Shown: positions 1 through 6,612, counted from the stretch's first letter. The stretch is 6,612 nt of DNA from a virus (IMGVR_UViG_2634166457_000001), one strand, 5' to 3'. The notes: generated by a model from the letters alone, not told the origin. Numbers and translations are program-made.

Positions 1-294
1 CGCTGTTGGTGGCGCTACTGAGCTGGACTATCCTTTTCGTGCCGTCGTGGCGTCCTGAGCGGTATATTTCCCGTTAGCAAGGTCATATGTTGCCTTTACC
101 GCCTTTGGTGTTGCCGCCAGCGTTTCTGAATCGCTGTTGGTGGCGCTACTGAGCTGGACAAGTCCTTTCCGTCGCTGTAGTGGCGTCCTGTGCGGTATAT
201 TTCCCGTTAGCAAGGTCATAGGCTGCCTTGACCGCTTTCGGCGTTGCGGCCAGTGCTTCAGACGTGCTGTTGGTGGCGCTACTGAGTTGAACAA
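1..294 (-). pseudogene. Out-of-frame continuation of the tail-fibre gene: repeat 2 is encoded in a second frame (ORF 28..294, ending TAG 28..30) and repeat 3 begins at about 28 and runs off the window start
   Basis: ORF 28..294 contains RKGLVQLSSATNSDSETLAATPKAVKATYDLANGKYTAQDATTARKG, a near-perfect copy of the repeat but in a different frame from ORF 146..829. Hand translation of 1..28 gives IVQLSSATNS back in the first frame. Confidence 0.6.
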
Positions 295-307
295 AGCCTT
301 TTGCGGT
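1..307 (-). repeat. Tandem direct repeats (period about 131-133 nt, about 2.3 copies in window, boundaries approximate) encoding the 44-aa tail-fibre repeat
   Basis: The plus-strand motif cgctgttggtggcgctactgagctggac occurs at 1..28 and 132..159, with the variant tgctgttggtggcgctactgagttgaac at 265..292. The encoded peptide repeat is LSSATNS-SE-LAATPKAVKA-YDLANGKYTAQDATTA. Confidence 0.85.
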
Positions 308-829
308 CAGCGAGGCGTCCGGGTGACGTCGTGACTGTTCATGTTCTTTCAGTTTGTCATTCACGTAATCCACTGTGGCCATAACCATGGTGTTATCCAC
401 GGTAAGCGCCACGGTGGCAGTGCTGGATACGGTCAGAATGGTGCGAAATGTTTGTGCACGTCCGGATCCTTCGGCAACGGCTGGCTTGTAACTTTCCGCA
501 GTATTGCCCACCGCGATCAAATCGCCGTGCTCATCAAATACACCAATTTCCCGGATCCAGAATCCGCCCGTTTCAGGAGGAATAACCAGCTCCGCAATAA
601 TGCGGTTCTGATGTGTTGCGTCCAGGATGACGCGATTAACAGTATGTCGCCACACCTCATGCACCAGACGGGTCTGCTTACTGTCTGGTGTGGGCAACGT
701 GCCGCCACCGTCGCCCACGGCCATGTGAGTCAGGCGGACAGGATTACCATCTGGCGCGGCTGCCTGAGCTAATTTTTTGGCACCAGTATCAGTGATAATG
801 GTTTTAAATTTTCGTGTTGTGGTACTCAT
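146..829 (-). CDS. H: Tail fibre protein, gpH-like N-terminal part (227 codons); the frame ends at TAG 146..148 after a frameshift inside the repeat region, and the gene's remainder lies beyond position 1
   Basis: ATG at 829..827. Translation MSTTTRKFKTIITDTGAKKLAQAA...MAVGDGGG...IAELVIPPE...AESYKPA...EHEQSRRHPDASLTAKGFVQLSSATNSTSEALAATPKAVKAAYDLANGKYTAQDATTA matches the conserved N-terminal domain and first 44-aa repeat of P2 tail fibre H as I recall it. Sits directly downstream of gpI, as in P2. Confidence 0.85.
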   Translation of the reverse strand: MSTTTRKFKTIITDTGAKKLAQAAAPDGNPVRLTHMAVGDGGGTLPTPDSKQTRLVHEVWRHTVNRVILDATHQNRIIAELVIPPETGGFWIREIGVFDEHGDLIAVGNTAESYKPAVAEGSGRAQTFRTILTVSSTATVALTVDNTMVMATVDYVNDKLKEHEQSRRHPDASLTAKGFVQLSSATNSTSEALAATPKAVKAAYDLANGKYTAQDATTATERTCPAQ

Positions 830-831
830 GC

Positions 832-1362
832 TTAATCGTCCGGATAAATGGTAATGACTTCACCGTCGTAAGTTGCTGCCGCCGTGAAAATATCCCCCGG
901 GATCTCCTGAATGATATTCAGCCCTGTCATGTGGCGGCTGACCGGGCGGGCATCAGCAATCAACCGCTCCATTTCCAGATACATTTCCTCCGTCACGCCA
1001 CTGTCCAGCGTGCCGACTTCAACGGTAAATGTTCCCGGTTCTCCGCCGAACTCCCACCACTCAGACACACGAATGAGGTATCCCAGCGGCTCAATGGCCC
1101 GGCGCAGTGCGCTGATGGTCCCTTTGTGTCGGTGTATCAGCCATGCATCACGAATCACCTGTCGCTTTGTCTCTTCCGGCCAGTTGCGATCCCAGCGGTC
1201 AACGGAAAATGCCCAGGCGAGATAAGGCAGCAGATGCACCGGGCAGGTGTCCGGCGACCACAGCGTGTTGAGGTCTACCGGAATGTCTGTAATGCGCGTT
1301 CCGACAGCTTCGGCACAACGCATGAAATTGCTGGCTGATGGCGGTAACAGTGAATTACTCAT
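832..1362 (-). CDS. I: Baseplate/tail formation protein gpI-like (176 aa)
   Basis: ATG at 1362..1360 overlaps the J stop (ATGAGTAA), with an AAGGTGG Shine-Dalgarno 5 nt upstream. Translation MSNSLLPPSAS...LWSPDTCPVHLLPYLAWAFSVDRWDRNWPE...GTISALRRAIEPLGY... resembles P2 gpI, and the 531-nt length matches P2 I as I remember it. The track's longer ORF (to 1395) is an upstream extension overlapping J. Confidence 0.85.
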   Translation of the reverse strand: MSNSLLPPSASNFMRCAEAVGTRITDIPVDLNTLWSPDTCPVHLLPYLAWAFSVDRWDRNWPEETKRQVIRDAWLIHRHKGTISALRRAIEPLGYLIRVSEWWEFGGEPGTFTVEVGTLDSGVTEEMYLEMERLIADARPVSRHMTGLNIIQEIPGDIFTAAATYDGEVITIYPDD

Positions 1363-2251
1363 TACGCCCACCTTCGCTGATGGTGAATGACTCACAGCGC
1401 GCCGCCTGTATGTCGCTGATGGCCATATTTTGTGTGGGTTCGATTATCTCCACGCGTTGCACACCGTGCACATGCAGTGCGGCAGCAATGGCGGACAACG
1501 CCACGTCCTGACCGATAAGCCCCTGCTCAGACAGCCACTTCCTGAACGACGATTCCGCCGCGGCCAGAATAGGTTCGGATTCCGGGCCGGGGTAAAAGTA
1601 CAGTTTTGCATTCAGCCGCCATGTCACGATTCTGGCACTCTGTACGGTCAGGCGGTCGGCCACCGGGCGGGTATCCTCTGCATTCAGAACGGCGCGAACG
1701 GTATTAAGCAACGCCTCCGTTGCTGTGCCGTCGCCCTCAGTGGACAGGATGGAAACCGTCACGTTGGCCGGAGACGGGCTGATGGCCCGCGCATCGCGTA
1801 CCAGACCGCTGGCGCTGCGTGCAAAATACTCGTATGCACCTGACGGGCCAGCAACACTCAGACCGTCATATGCCCGTTGCGCCCGTAGTCTCAGCGAGGT
1901 GTCACTTTCCATCACTGCGTCGGTGGTATCCGTTGCCGGAGTGATAACCAGGCGCTTTGTGTTCATATTGCCCGCGAGGTTGTCCAGGTCTGTCCCGGCG
2001 CTGTGGCTTAGCATGCAGGCGCGTGCACCCTCATTGACCCGCTGGCGTAACAGCATTTCACGAAACGACATGGTTTGAGCGATAACGTTAAGGGGTTCCG
2101 ATTCCAGCTCCAGCGCGGCGGAAACGGCTTCACGCTGTTCGGCGGGATAGGACGCAATCATCATGGCCTTTGTGTCAGCCAGAATTGCCTCAAAGTCAGG
2201 CTCCGCGATGATGGCGGGTTCCGGTAACTGTGAAAGGTCAACGGCAGGCAT
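1355..2251 (-). CDS. J: Baseplate assembly protein gpJ-like (298 aa)
   Basis: ATG at 2251..2249 preceded by GAGGGAG 6 nt upstream. Translation MPAVDLSQLPEPAIIAEPDFEAILADTKAMMIASYPAEQ... matches the gpJ N-terminus as recalled. Gene order W-J-I is as in P2. Confidence 0.9.
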   Translation of the reverse strand: MPAVDLSQLPEPAIIAEPDFEAILADTKAMMIASYPAEQREAVSAALELESEPLNVIAQTMSFREMLLRQRVNEGARACMLSHSAGTDLDNLAGNMNTKRLVITPATDTTDAVMESDTSLRLRAQRAYDGLSVAGPSGAYEYFARSASGLVRDARAISPSPANVTVSILSTEGDGTATEALLNTVRAVLNAEDTRPVADRLTVQSARIVTWRLNAKLYFYPGPESEPILAAAESSFRKWLSEQGLIGQDVALSAIAAALHVHGVQRVEIIEPTQNMAISDIQAARCESFTISEGGRNE

Positions 2252-2254
2252 GAT

Positions 2255-2605
2255 TTACTCCCTCAGCGTGATGGTTAATTCAACATTCTGCATGGTCTGT
2301 ATGACAGTGCCCGACAGCGTCACCCCGGCGCGGCCTCCTGCCTTCCAGGCAACGTCGATGGCATCCAGGGCAATGCGGGGTTCCCATCGTGTCAGCGCAA
2401 TCACGGCAGCACTCATGCATTGCAGACGCGTGGTGTTATTCATGGGTTCGTCAATCAAATCAGGCACAAGGCTGCCATATTCCCGTCGCATAACCCGGCT
2501 TGCCAGCGGGGTGGTCAGGATGTCCCTGACTGACTGTTTCAGGTGCTCCATATCGTTCAGGTTTCCCGTTCCGTCCGGGTTCATTCCTGTGTAGCGGGTT
2601 GTCAC
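2255..2605 (-). CDS. W: Baseplate wedge protein gpW-like (GPW/gp25 family, 116 aa), GTG start
   Basis: GTG at 2605..2603 with a strong AGGAGG 6 nt upstream; this GTG overlaps the V stop (GTGA). Translation (M)TTRYTGMNPDG...RVMRREYGSLVPDLID... resembles the P2 gpW N-terminus MTARYLGMN...; length matches. Confidence 0.85.
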   Translation of the reverse strand: MTTRYTGMNPDGTGNLNDMEHLKQSVRDILTTPLASRVMRREYGSLVPDLIDEPMNNTTRLQCMSAAVIALTRWEPRIALDAIDVAWKAGGRAGVTLSGTVIQTMQNVELTITLRE

Positions 2606-3183
2606 TGCGGGCCTCCTGTCGAATCGCTGCCACCTTTAACGCCACCGTGTTTATGCGTATGCACTGTGATGCCGTTTGAGGTGAAATTGCCGCCGCTGTG
2701 CGTGATATTGCCGCTCATCTTTCCCCCTTTTGTGACGTCAAGCGTCGCCGTTCTCAGAAGGTCTGTGCATTCCACGACGGGCGTATCCAGTGTCACGCTG
2801 ACGGATGCCTGCAGGGTGGCTGTTTTCATGCCGCTGGCGCTCAGTGCGCCTGCGGCCGCGTCGTAGCGGAACACCGCGCCATCCGGCGCGCTGACCACGA
2901 TTTCTTTCAGGCTTTTGCCGGGGGCCGGAATGGCATCACTCCACAGGCTGCCAATTATCATGGCGGTTTCCGGGTTGCCGCCAATGCAGGCAATTACCAC
3001 CTGTTCGCCTGGTGATGGCGGCAGCCACACATTGAAGGCTCCCGCGCGCGTGGTGTTCCAGCGCAACCAGCCTGTTTCCAGTTCGCCGCTGCGAACGCGC
3101 ACGCACCAGGATTCCTCATCAACTTCAGAGATGATCCCGGTGCGGATGATGTTGCTCAGCAGTCGCATGAGTTCTGCGCTCAC
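2602..3183 (-). CDS. V: Baseplate assembly/spike protein gpV-like (193 aa), GTG start
   Basis: GTG at 3183..3181 preceded by GGAGG 7 nt upstream, overlapping the S stop (GTGA). Translation ...NIIRTGIISEVDEE...GNITHSGGNFTSNGITVHTHKH... resembles P2 gpV (RTGII...HTGG...SNG...LHTHKH). Confidence 0.85.
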   Translation of the reverse strand: MSAELMRLLSNIIRTGIISEVDEESWCVRVRSGELETGWLRWNTTRAGAFNVWLPPSPGEQVVIACIGGNPETAMIIGSLWSDAIPAPGKSLKEIVVSAPDGAVFRYDAAAGALSASGMKTATLQASVSVTLDTPVVECTDLLRTATLDVTKGGKMSGNITHSGGNFTSNGITVHTHKHGGVKGGSDSTGGPQ

Positions 3184-3815
3184 CGTACAACCTCCGCAAT
3201 CCGGCCCAGCACCGTGTTATAAATCAGGCGTTCATCTGCCTGGCTGATACCCAGCAGCTCACGTACCGGGTAATCGGTGAAAATGCCCGGCGCAACCTGA
3301 TCGCGCTCACCGAACTGATGAACGCGTGCAATACGTGCGGCCACGCCGCTGTAACCCACCGTCACACCGGAAGCATCTGCACGGGCTTTCAGGTAGCGGG
3401 CGGTGCGCAGTTTTACGAACATGGGGACGCGCCTGGTGCTGTCCTGGTTGATGCGCCGGGTGCGTATTTCCAGAAAACGGTCGATGTCATCTCGGTAAAA
3501 CGTGCGGATATTGTTTTTATCCTCATCCCACCCGGTAATGGTTCGCCCGTATTTCCCCGTGTCGTGATGCCAGTTTTTCAGCGTGCGTGCTTCGTTATTC
3601 CAGATAAAGCGAATGCGTTCCTGTATCCGGGTTACGCGGCGTCTGCGTGGTGTCCACGCGGTCCCGTCCGGCGCTTTCTGTGACCGGATACGCGCCTGCT
3701 GGGCGCGGCGTAAATCCTGTGCCAGCTTTCTGGCGATGTTATTGATGGCCTGCTGATTCAGGCTGTCGCGGATGGCCTCAAAGGTTTCATCCACGCGGGT
3801 GAATGCCTTATCCAT
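3180..3815 (-). CDS. S: Tail completion / virion morphogenesis protein gpS-like (211 aa from ATG 3815; the track's ORF begins at GTG 3824)
   Basis: Sits between R and V as in P2. Contains motifs I associate with the gpS family (APDGTAWTPRRRR...MFVKLRTARYLKA...ARIARVHQFGERDQVAPG...RELLGIS). ATG 3815 overlaps the R stop (ATGGATAA). Appears longer than the roughly 150 aa I recall for P2 gpS. Confidence 0.7.
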   Translation of the reverse strand: MDKAFTRVDETFEAIRDSLNQQAINNIARKLAQDLRRAQQARIRSQKAPDGTAWTPRRRRVTRIQERIRFIWNNEARTLKNWHHDTGKYGRTITGWDEDKNNIRTFYRDDIDRFLEIRTRRINQDSTRRVPMFVKLRTARYLKARADASGVTVGYSGVAARIARVHQFGERDQVAPGIFTDYPVRELLGISQADERLIYNTVLGRIAEVVR

Positions 3816-4275
3816 CGTTTTCACCCCACGTCACATCCTGGAATACATGCGACCAGTCGCCTTCGGAAGATGGCAGGCGGGGTTTTGGCTCCGGCAGGTG
3901 TTCTGCCTGCGGTGTGCCCTGACTGCTGCGCGTGATGCGAACGCGTTCCCGCAGGGGGAGCGTAAACAGGAGATCGGCGCTGTCATCGTCATTGATAACG
4001 GCGGAAAATTTGATGTCCTGATTACGCTCCGGGTTGAGCAACAACTGTGGCTGATTTTCGGATAACCACGCCAGCAGCGGCAGCGTGAGGTCGTCCAGCT
4101 CTCCGGCGTAATCCATGACAAACATCACCATTTGATAGCGGTAAACAAACGAGGGCGTTTCTCCGGTCGTTTCAATGTTGCCGCTCTCCACGAAAATGGT
4201 GAATTTTTCCGGGTTAGCCTGACACCATCGGCATGAACGGGTCATGGCTTCACGCAGGGAATCAGTTTTCAGCAT
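3808..4275 (-). CDS. R: Tail completion protein gpR-like (155 aa)
   Basis: ATG 4275..4273 with GAGGA upstream. 155 codons, the same length I recall for P2 gpR. N-terminus MLKTDSLREAM... and the LAWLSENQP motif resemble gpR. Position matches P2 order. Confidence 0.8.
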   Translation of the reverse strand: MLKTDSLREAMTRSCRWCQANPEKFTIFVESGNIETTGETPSFVYRYQMVMFVMDYAGELDDLTLPLLAWLSENQPQLLLNPERNQDIKFSAVINDDDSADLLFTLPLRERVRITRSSQGTPQAEHLPEPKPRLPSSEGDWSHVFQDVTWGENDG

Positions 4276-4552
4276 GGTTGTTATCCTCGTTGTTCAGTCG
4301 TTGCAGCCTGCGCTGTTCCAGTAATTCAATGGCCCGTTTATCCGCGTTACAGGTTTCCAGTGCATCCAGAAGGCGGTCGCCCCATATACCGAGATTTCCC
4401 CATGTGGGAGTGTCAGGGAAGGGGGGAGGCATTACCGGTATGGTCAGCGTCTGCGGTATAAGCCGGACTGACGGCGCTGGCAGTGGCGCGTTCTGCGTGC
4501 CTGCGCAACCTGTCAGTAAAACGAGCGTCAGGCAAAGCGAGGGCGCATTCAT
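4262..4552 (-). CDS. lysC: o-spanin (LysC/Rz1-like outer-membrane lipoprotein, 96 aa), partly embedded in the lysB 3' end in another frame
   Basis: From internal ATG 4552: MNAPSLCLTLVLLTGCAG... gives a signal peptide with lipobox LTGC, followed by a Pro-rich mature region. The overlapped-spanin arrangement and 96-aa length match P2 LysC. Confidence 0.75.
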   Translation of the reverse strand: MNAPSLCLTLVLLTGCAGTQNAPLPAPSVRLIPQTLTIPVMPPPFPDTPTWGNLGIWGDRLLDALETCNADKRAIELLEQRRLQRLNNEDNNHAEN

Positions 4553-4820
4553 CTTTTGCAATATCGTTGCGTAGCTGTTCACGTCTGGCCTCTCCGTCCT
4601 GATTTCTCTGTTGATTTTCCACGCGGAGTTGCGCCAGCACCTGCTGCATATCCTGTACCCCGGTGCTGATGATATTCAGGGTGTCGACGGTACTTTTCAG
4701 GGTGCTGGCCTGTGCTTCGTTTCTGGCGTTCTCCCGGCCAAGCGACCATGACAGACGCATGGATGTTCCCCATGCGGCAATCAGAAGGAAAGCGACACCC
4801 AGCGTGGGCCAGAGCTTCAT
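4413..4820 (-). CDS. lysB: i-spanin (LysB/Rz-like, 135 aa)
   Basis: ATG 4820..4818 overlaps the endolysin stop (ATGA). MKLWPTLGVAFLLIAAWGTSM is an N-terminal transmembrane segment, followed by a Q/R/E-rich coiled-coil-like periplasmic region. The track's longer ORF (to 4964) is an out-of-frame upstream extension. Confidence 0.75.
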   Translation of the reverse strand: MKLWPTLGVAFLLIAAWGTSMRLSWSLGRENARNEAQASTLKSTVDTLNIISTGVQDMQQVLAQLRVENQQRNQDGEARREQLRNDIAKDECALALPDARFTDRLRRHAERATASAVSPAYTADADHTGNASPLP

Positions 4821-5209
4821 GCCGGATAGGCTCCGTGTGGTAACTGAAAATGCGGTCCGTCTTTCAGGGTCTTCCAGTCGCCGCCCCATTCCACCGGAAT
4901 ATTCAGTTCCCGGCTGGCCTGTCTGAATGCTGCTGCGATTTTTTCGTACAGCGGCCATTCCCATGACACCTGGCTGCCGATATAAGCCACAACATCCACG
5001 GCATGTCCCGTAAGGTGGCGGCTGTTCATGGTCTGGCTCTTACCTGTGGCCACAAGTTGCTTCTGGCGGTAACGGCTGCGCAACCCTTCGGTGATACCAA
5101 AATCCACTTCCGAAATTTCCAGTGCCCGTCGGGTCACTTTCACCAGATCAGGATTTACGCCCTGCAAATTCTTTTCGCTCCGGTTGCTGAATTTAAATGT
5201 GTTGCTCAT
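4817..5209 (-). CDS. Endolysin, M15-family zinc metallopeptidase type (130 aa)
   Basis: Lies between holin and spanins. SRHLTGHAVDV and GGDW...DGPHFQ resemble the H-x6-D ... H zinc-binding signature of LAS/M15 peptidases. ATG 5209..5207 has AAGGAG upstream and overlaps the holin stop (ATGA). Confidence 0.7.
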   Translation of the reverse strand: MSNTFKFSNRSEKNLQGVNPDLVKVTRRALEISEVDFGITEGLRSRYRQKQLVATGKSQTMNSRHLTGHAVDVVAYIGSQVSWEWPLYEKIAAAFRQASRELNIPVEWGGDWKTLKDGPHFQLPHGAYPA

Positions 5210-5529
5210 TCGTCCTTCTCCTTCACCCTGCGATTAAAGGCCGCAATAACCTTGTCGCGTGCTTTCTCTGCGCCCATAAAACCGATTGATGCGCCGATAA
5301 ACGTCACGGCATCTTCAGGAAACCCGAAGAAGCGCAACGACCCGGCCACGGCCATGGCAAGAACGCCGCACGCCAGCGATCCCGTTACGGTCTGAACCAG
5401 TGTTCGTCCGTCATAAAGACTCATCAGCGCGGAAATGCTGACCGCCGCGCCTACTGCATACACCGTTGGCAGGTGGTCAAAGAGCCACGCAATAACCTGC
5501 TCTGTGATCCCTGTTTGAATGGTGCTCAC
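5206..5529 (-). CDS. Holin (class I-like, about 107 aa from GTG 5529; an internal ATG start is also possible)
   Basis: Three hydrophobic segments (LPTVYAVGAAVSISALMSL, LVQTVTGSLACGVLAMAVAGSL, AVTFIGASIGFMGA) and a charged C-terminal tail KARDKVIAAFNRRVKEKDE. GTG 5529 has GGGGGGA 6 nt upstream. Sits immediately upstream of the endolysin. The track's ORF 5206..5748 over-extends across X. Confidence 0.65.
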   Translation of the reverse strand: MSTIQTGITEQVIAWLFDHLPTVYAVGAAVSISALMSLYDGRTLVQTVTGSLACGVLAMAVAGSLRFFGFPEDAVTFIGASIGFMGAEKARDKVIAAFNRRVKEKDE

Positions 5530-5531
5530 TG

Positions 5532-5732
5532 CTATTCCCCCCACAACTGAATCATTTCTCGTTTCTTCTTCTCCGGCTCCGGCATCTCCACTTCCTGCCC
5601 GGCGTCCAGAAATACCTGCTGACAGAGCCCGGGGTTGGCATCCAGCACCTTTTCGGTGACGCCCTGCGTCGTGCCGTAGTACCGGAAACAGAGCGAATCC
5701 ACGGTGTCGCCTTCCAGTGCCTTCACCTTCAT
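5532..5732 (-). CDS. X: Tail protein gpX-like (small LysM-like protein, 66 aa)
   Basis: From ATG 5732: MKVKALEGDTVDSLCFRYYGTTQGVTEKVLDANPGL...QLWGE resembles P2 gpX (MKTFALQGDTLDAICVRYYGRTEGVVETVLAANPGL...NLWE). The ATG overlaps the upstream stop (TGATG). Confidence 0.85.
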   Translation of the reverse strand: MKVKALEGDTVDSLCFRYYGTTQGVTEKVLDANPGLCQQVFLDAGQEVEMPEPEKKKREMIQLWGE

Positions 5733-6612
5733 CAGCACAACTCCGCAAAGATTCGCGGGCGGCGCAGAATGTCAGAGATGGCCCAGCTCACATCGCGCCA
5801 CAAATCCGATGTCTGTATATCCAGTGCGTCCGCCCGGCGGTCGCCCTTGTCCGTTGTGTCCGCATCGCGGTAACGCTCCAGAATCAGGGCGCGTGTGGCG
5901 GTATAAACAGCATTGCGCCAGTGCCAGAGATTGACGCTTTCTCCGTTAATTACGGGTGCCGGAACATCGGCCAGCGTCTGATGGCCAGCCGCCTGCTGTT
6001 CCTGCTGCCATGCTTCCAGCTCGCGGGTAACGTGTGCCACGGCCCCAGTGGCGGTATGCAGCAGGCGGGAGGTGGTCACACGGCCCGGCAGTCGTACCGC
6101 CAGACGCAGCTCACGCAGCACAATATCCGGCCAGAATGCACCCGCTGAAATACGGGTATCACCATCATCGGTATCGGTGATGTCGTCCTGCGCCTGCGGT
6201 GTGCTGGCGTCTTCTGGTTCGGCTGCGGAATCGGCTTTTTTCAGGGCGCGGGAAAGGGTTGCAATCTCGCGTTTCACACCTGCGTTCGGGTTCAGGTGCA
6301 TCGCTTCGCGCAGCAGCTTCAGTGATGAGGCCATGCTGTCCGCATCGGTCAGGCCACGACGGGCAAAGGCACACGCCTTGCATAATTTGGCGCGCACTTC
6401 GTCCGGCATGTCCTGGTCGGTGACAATCTCCCGGAGGGTATCCAGTGGTTCGATAAAGGCGGATAAATCCGCGTCGGCATCCGTCCCGGCCTGCGTCAGT
6501 ACCGGGTTGCAGATTTCTTCGGTCAGTACCGTGGCAGCAGTACGGCCAAAGTTATCCGGCATAATGAGGTTGTGACGGACCACATACGCACCAATACGCA
6601 GCGCCAGCGGAA
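5732..6612 (-). CDS. Partial ORF, 5' end beyond the window: terminase small/endonuclease subunit gpM-like C-terminal region continuing in-frame, with no stop, into head completion/stabilisation protein gpL-like sequence
   Basis: Frame is open from 6612 down to TGA 5734..5732. The upstream part contains DMPDEVRAKL and AGVKREIATL, which I associate with P2-type gpM. The downstream part (FWPDIV...LADVPAPVINGES...LILERYRDADTTDKGDRRADALD...LWRDVSWAISDIL) occupies the gpL position immediately upstream of X. No ATG start for a separate L gene was found. Confidence 0.65.
   Translation of the reverse strand, partial: PLALRIGAYVVRHNLIMPDNFGRTAATVLTEEICNPVLTQAGTDADADLSAFIEPLDTLREIVTDQDMPDEVRAKLCKACAFARRGLTDADSMASSLKLLREAMHLNPNAGVKREIATLSRALKKADSAAEPEDASTPQAQDDITDTDDGDTRISAGAFWPDIVLRELRLAVRLPGRVTTSRLLHTATGAVAHVTRELEAWQQEQQAAGHQTLADVPAPVINGESVNLWHWRNAVYTATRALILERYRDADTTDKGDRRADALDIQTSDLWRDVSWAISDILRRPRIFAELC

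Noticed and set aside
1-307. Regularly spaced direct repeats that could be mistaken for a CRISPR or iteron array
   Set aside because: The period is about 132 nt with no short repeat/spacer structure, and the repeats encode the conserved 44-aa tail-fibre peptide repeat.
814-1338. Plus-strand ORFs, such as this 174-aa one and also 341..772, 1430..1843, 2163..2594, 2698..3015, 5003..5395 and 6048..6575
   Set aside because: All lie antisense to conserved, well-supported minus-strand phage genes. Their translations are Cys/Arg/Ser-rich with no recognisable motifs, and none has a convincing start context. They are shadow ORFs.
3350-3366. TGT-N11-ACA dyad resembling the Ogr/Delta-dependent P2 late-promoter activator site
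   Set aside because: Spacing is 11 rather than 12, it lies about 170 nt upstream of the V start inside S, and no suitably placed -10 element accompanies it.
5530-5748. Upstream extensions of track ORFs: holin to 5748, gpI to 1395, lysB to 4964, lysC to 4582, S to 3824
   Set aside because: The extensions overlap the preceding gene in another frame and have no homology. Internal starts with Shine-Dalgarno sequences and P2-matching lengths explain the genes better.
6076-6168. Small +1-frame ORF beginning ATGATGGTG inside the M/L junction region, a possible alternative start for L
   Set aside because: Its translation (MMVIPVFQRVHSGRILCCVSCVWRYDC...) is not protein-like and terminates after about 30 codons, whereas the conserved gpL-like sequence is in the main frame.

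Overview
The whole window is one densely packed, minus-strand late-gene block of a P2-like (Peduovirus-type) prophage from an enterobacterial host. No novel accessory or defence system is visible. Reading the minus strand from high to low coordinates, the order is: terminase small subunit C-terminus (gpM-like) running in-frame into head completion protein (gpL-like), tail protein X, holin, M15-peptidase endolysin, the overlapping spanins LysB/LysC, tail completion R and S, baseplate V, W, J, I, and the N-terminal part of tail fibre H with its tandem 44-aa repeats. Nearly every gene overlaps or abuts its neighbour, so there is no intergenic space for cargo. Plus-strand ORFs in the track are antisense shadows. 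The points worth a second look are modest: (1) the tail-fibre gene is interrupted by two opposite single-base indels at successive repeat junctions; (2) no stop codon separates the gpM-like and gpL-like sequences; (3) the gpS-like protein appears about 60 codons longer than P2 gpS and overlaps V; (4) the lysis cassette carries an M15-type endolysin and no lysA. All identifications rest on reading the ORF translations against remembered P2 proteins and gene order; no search was run.
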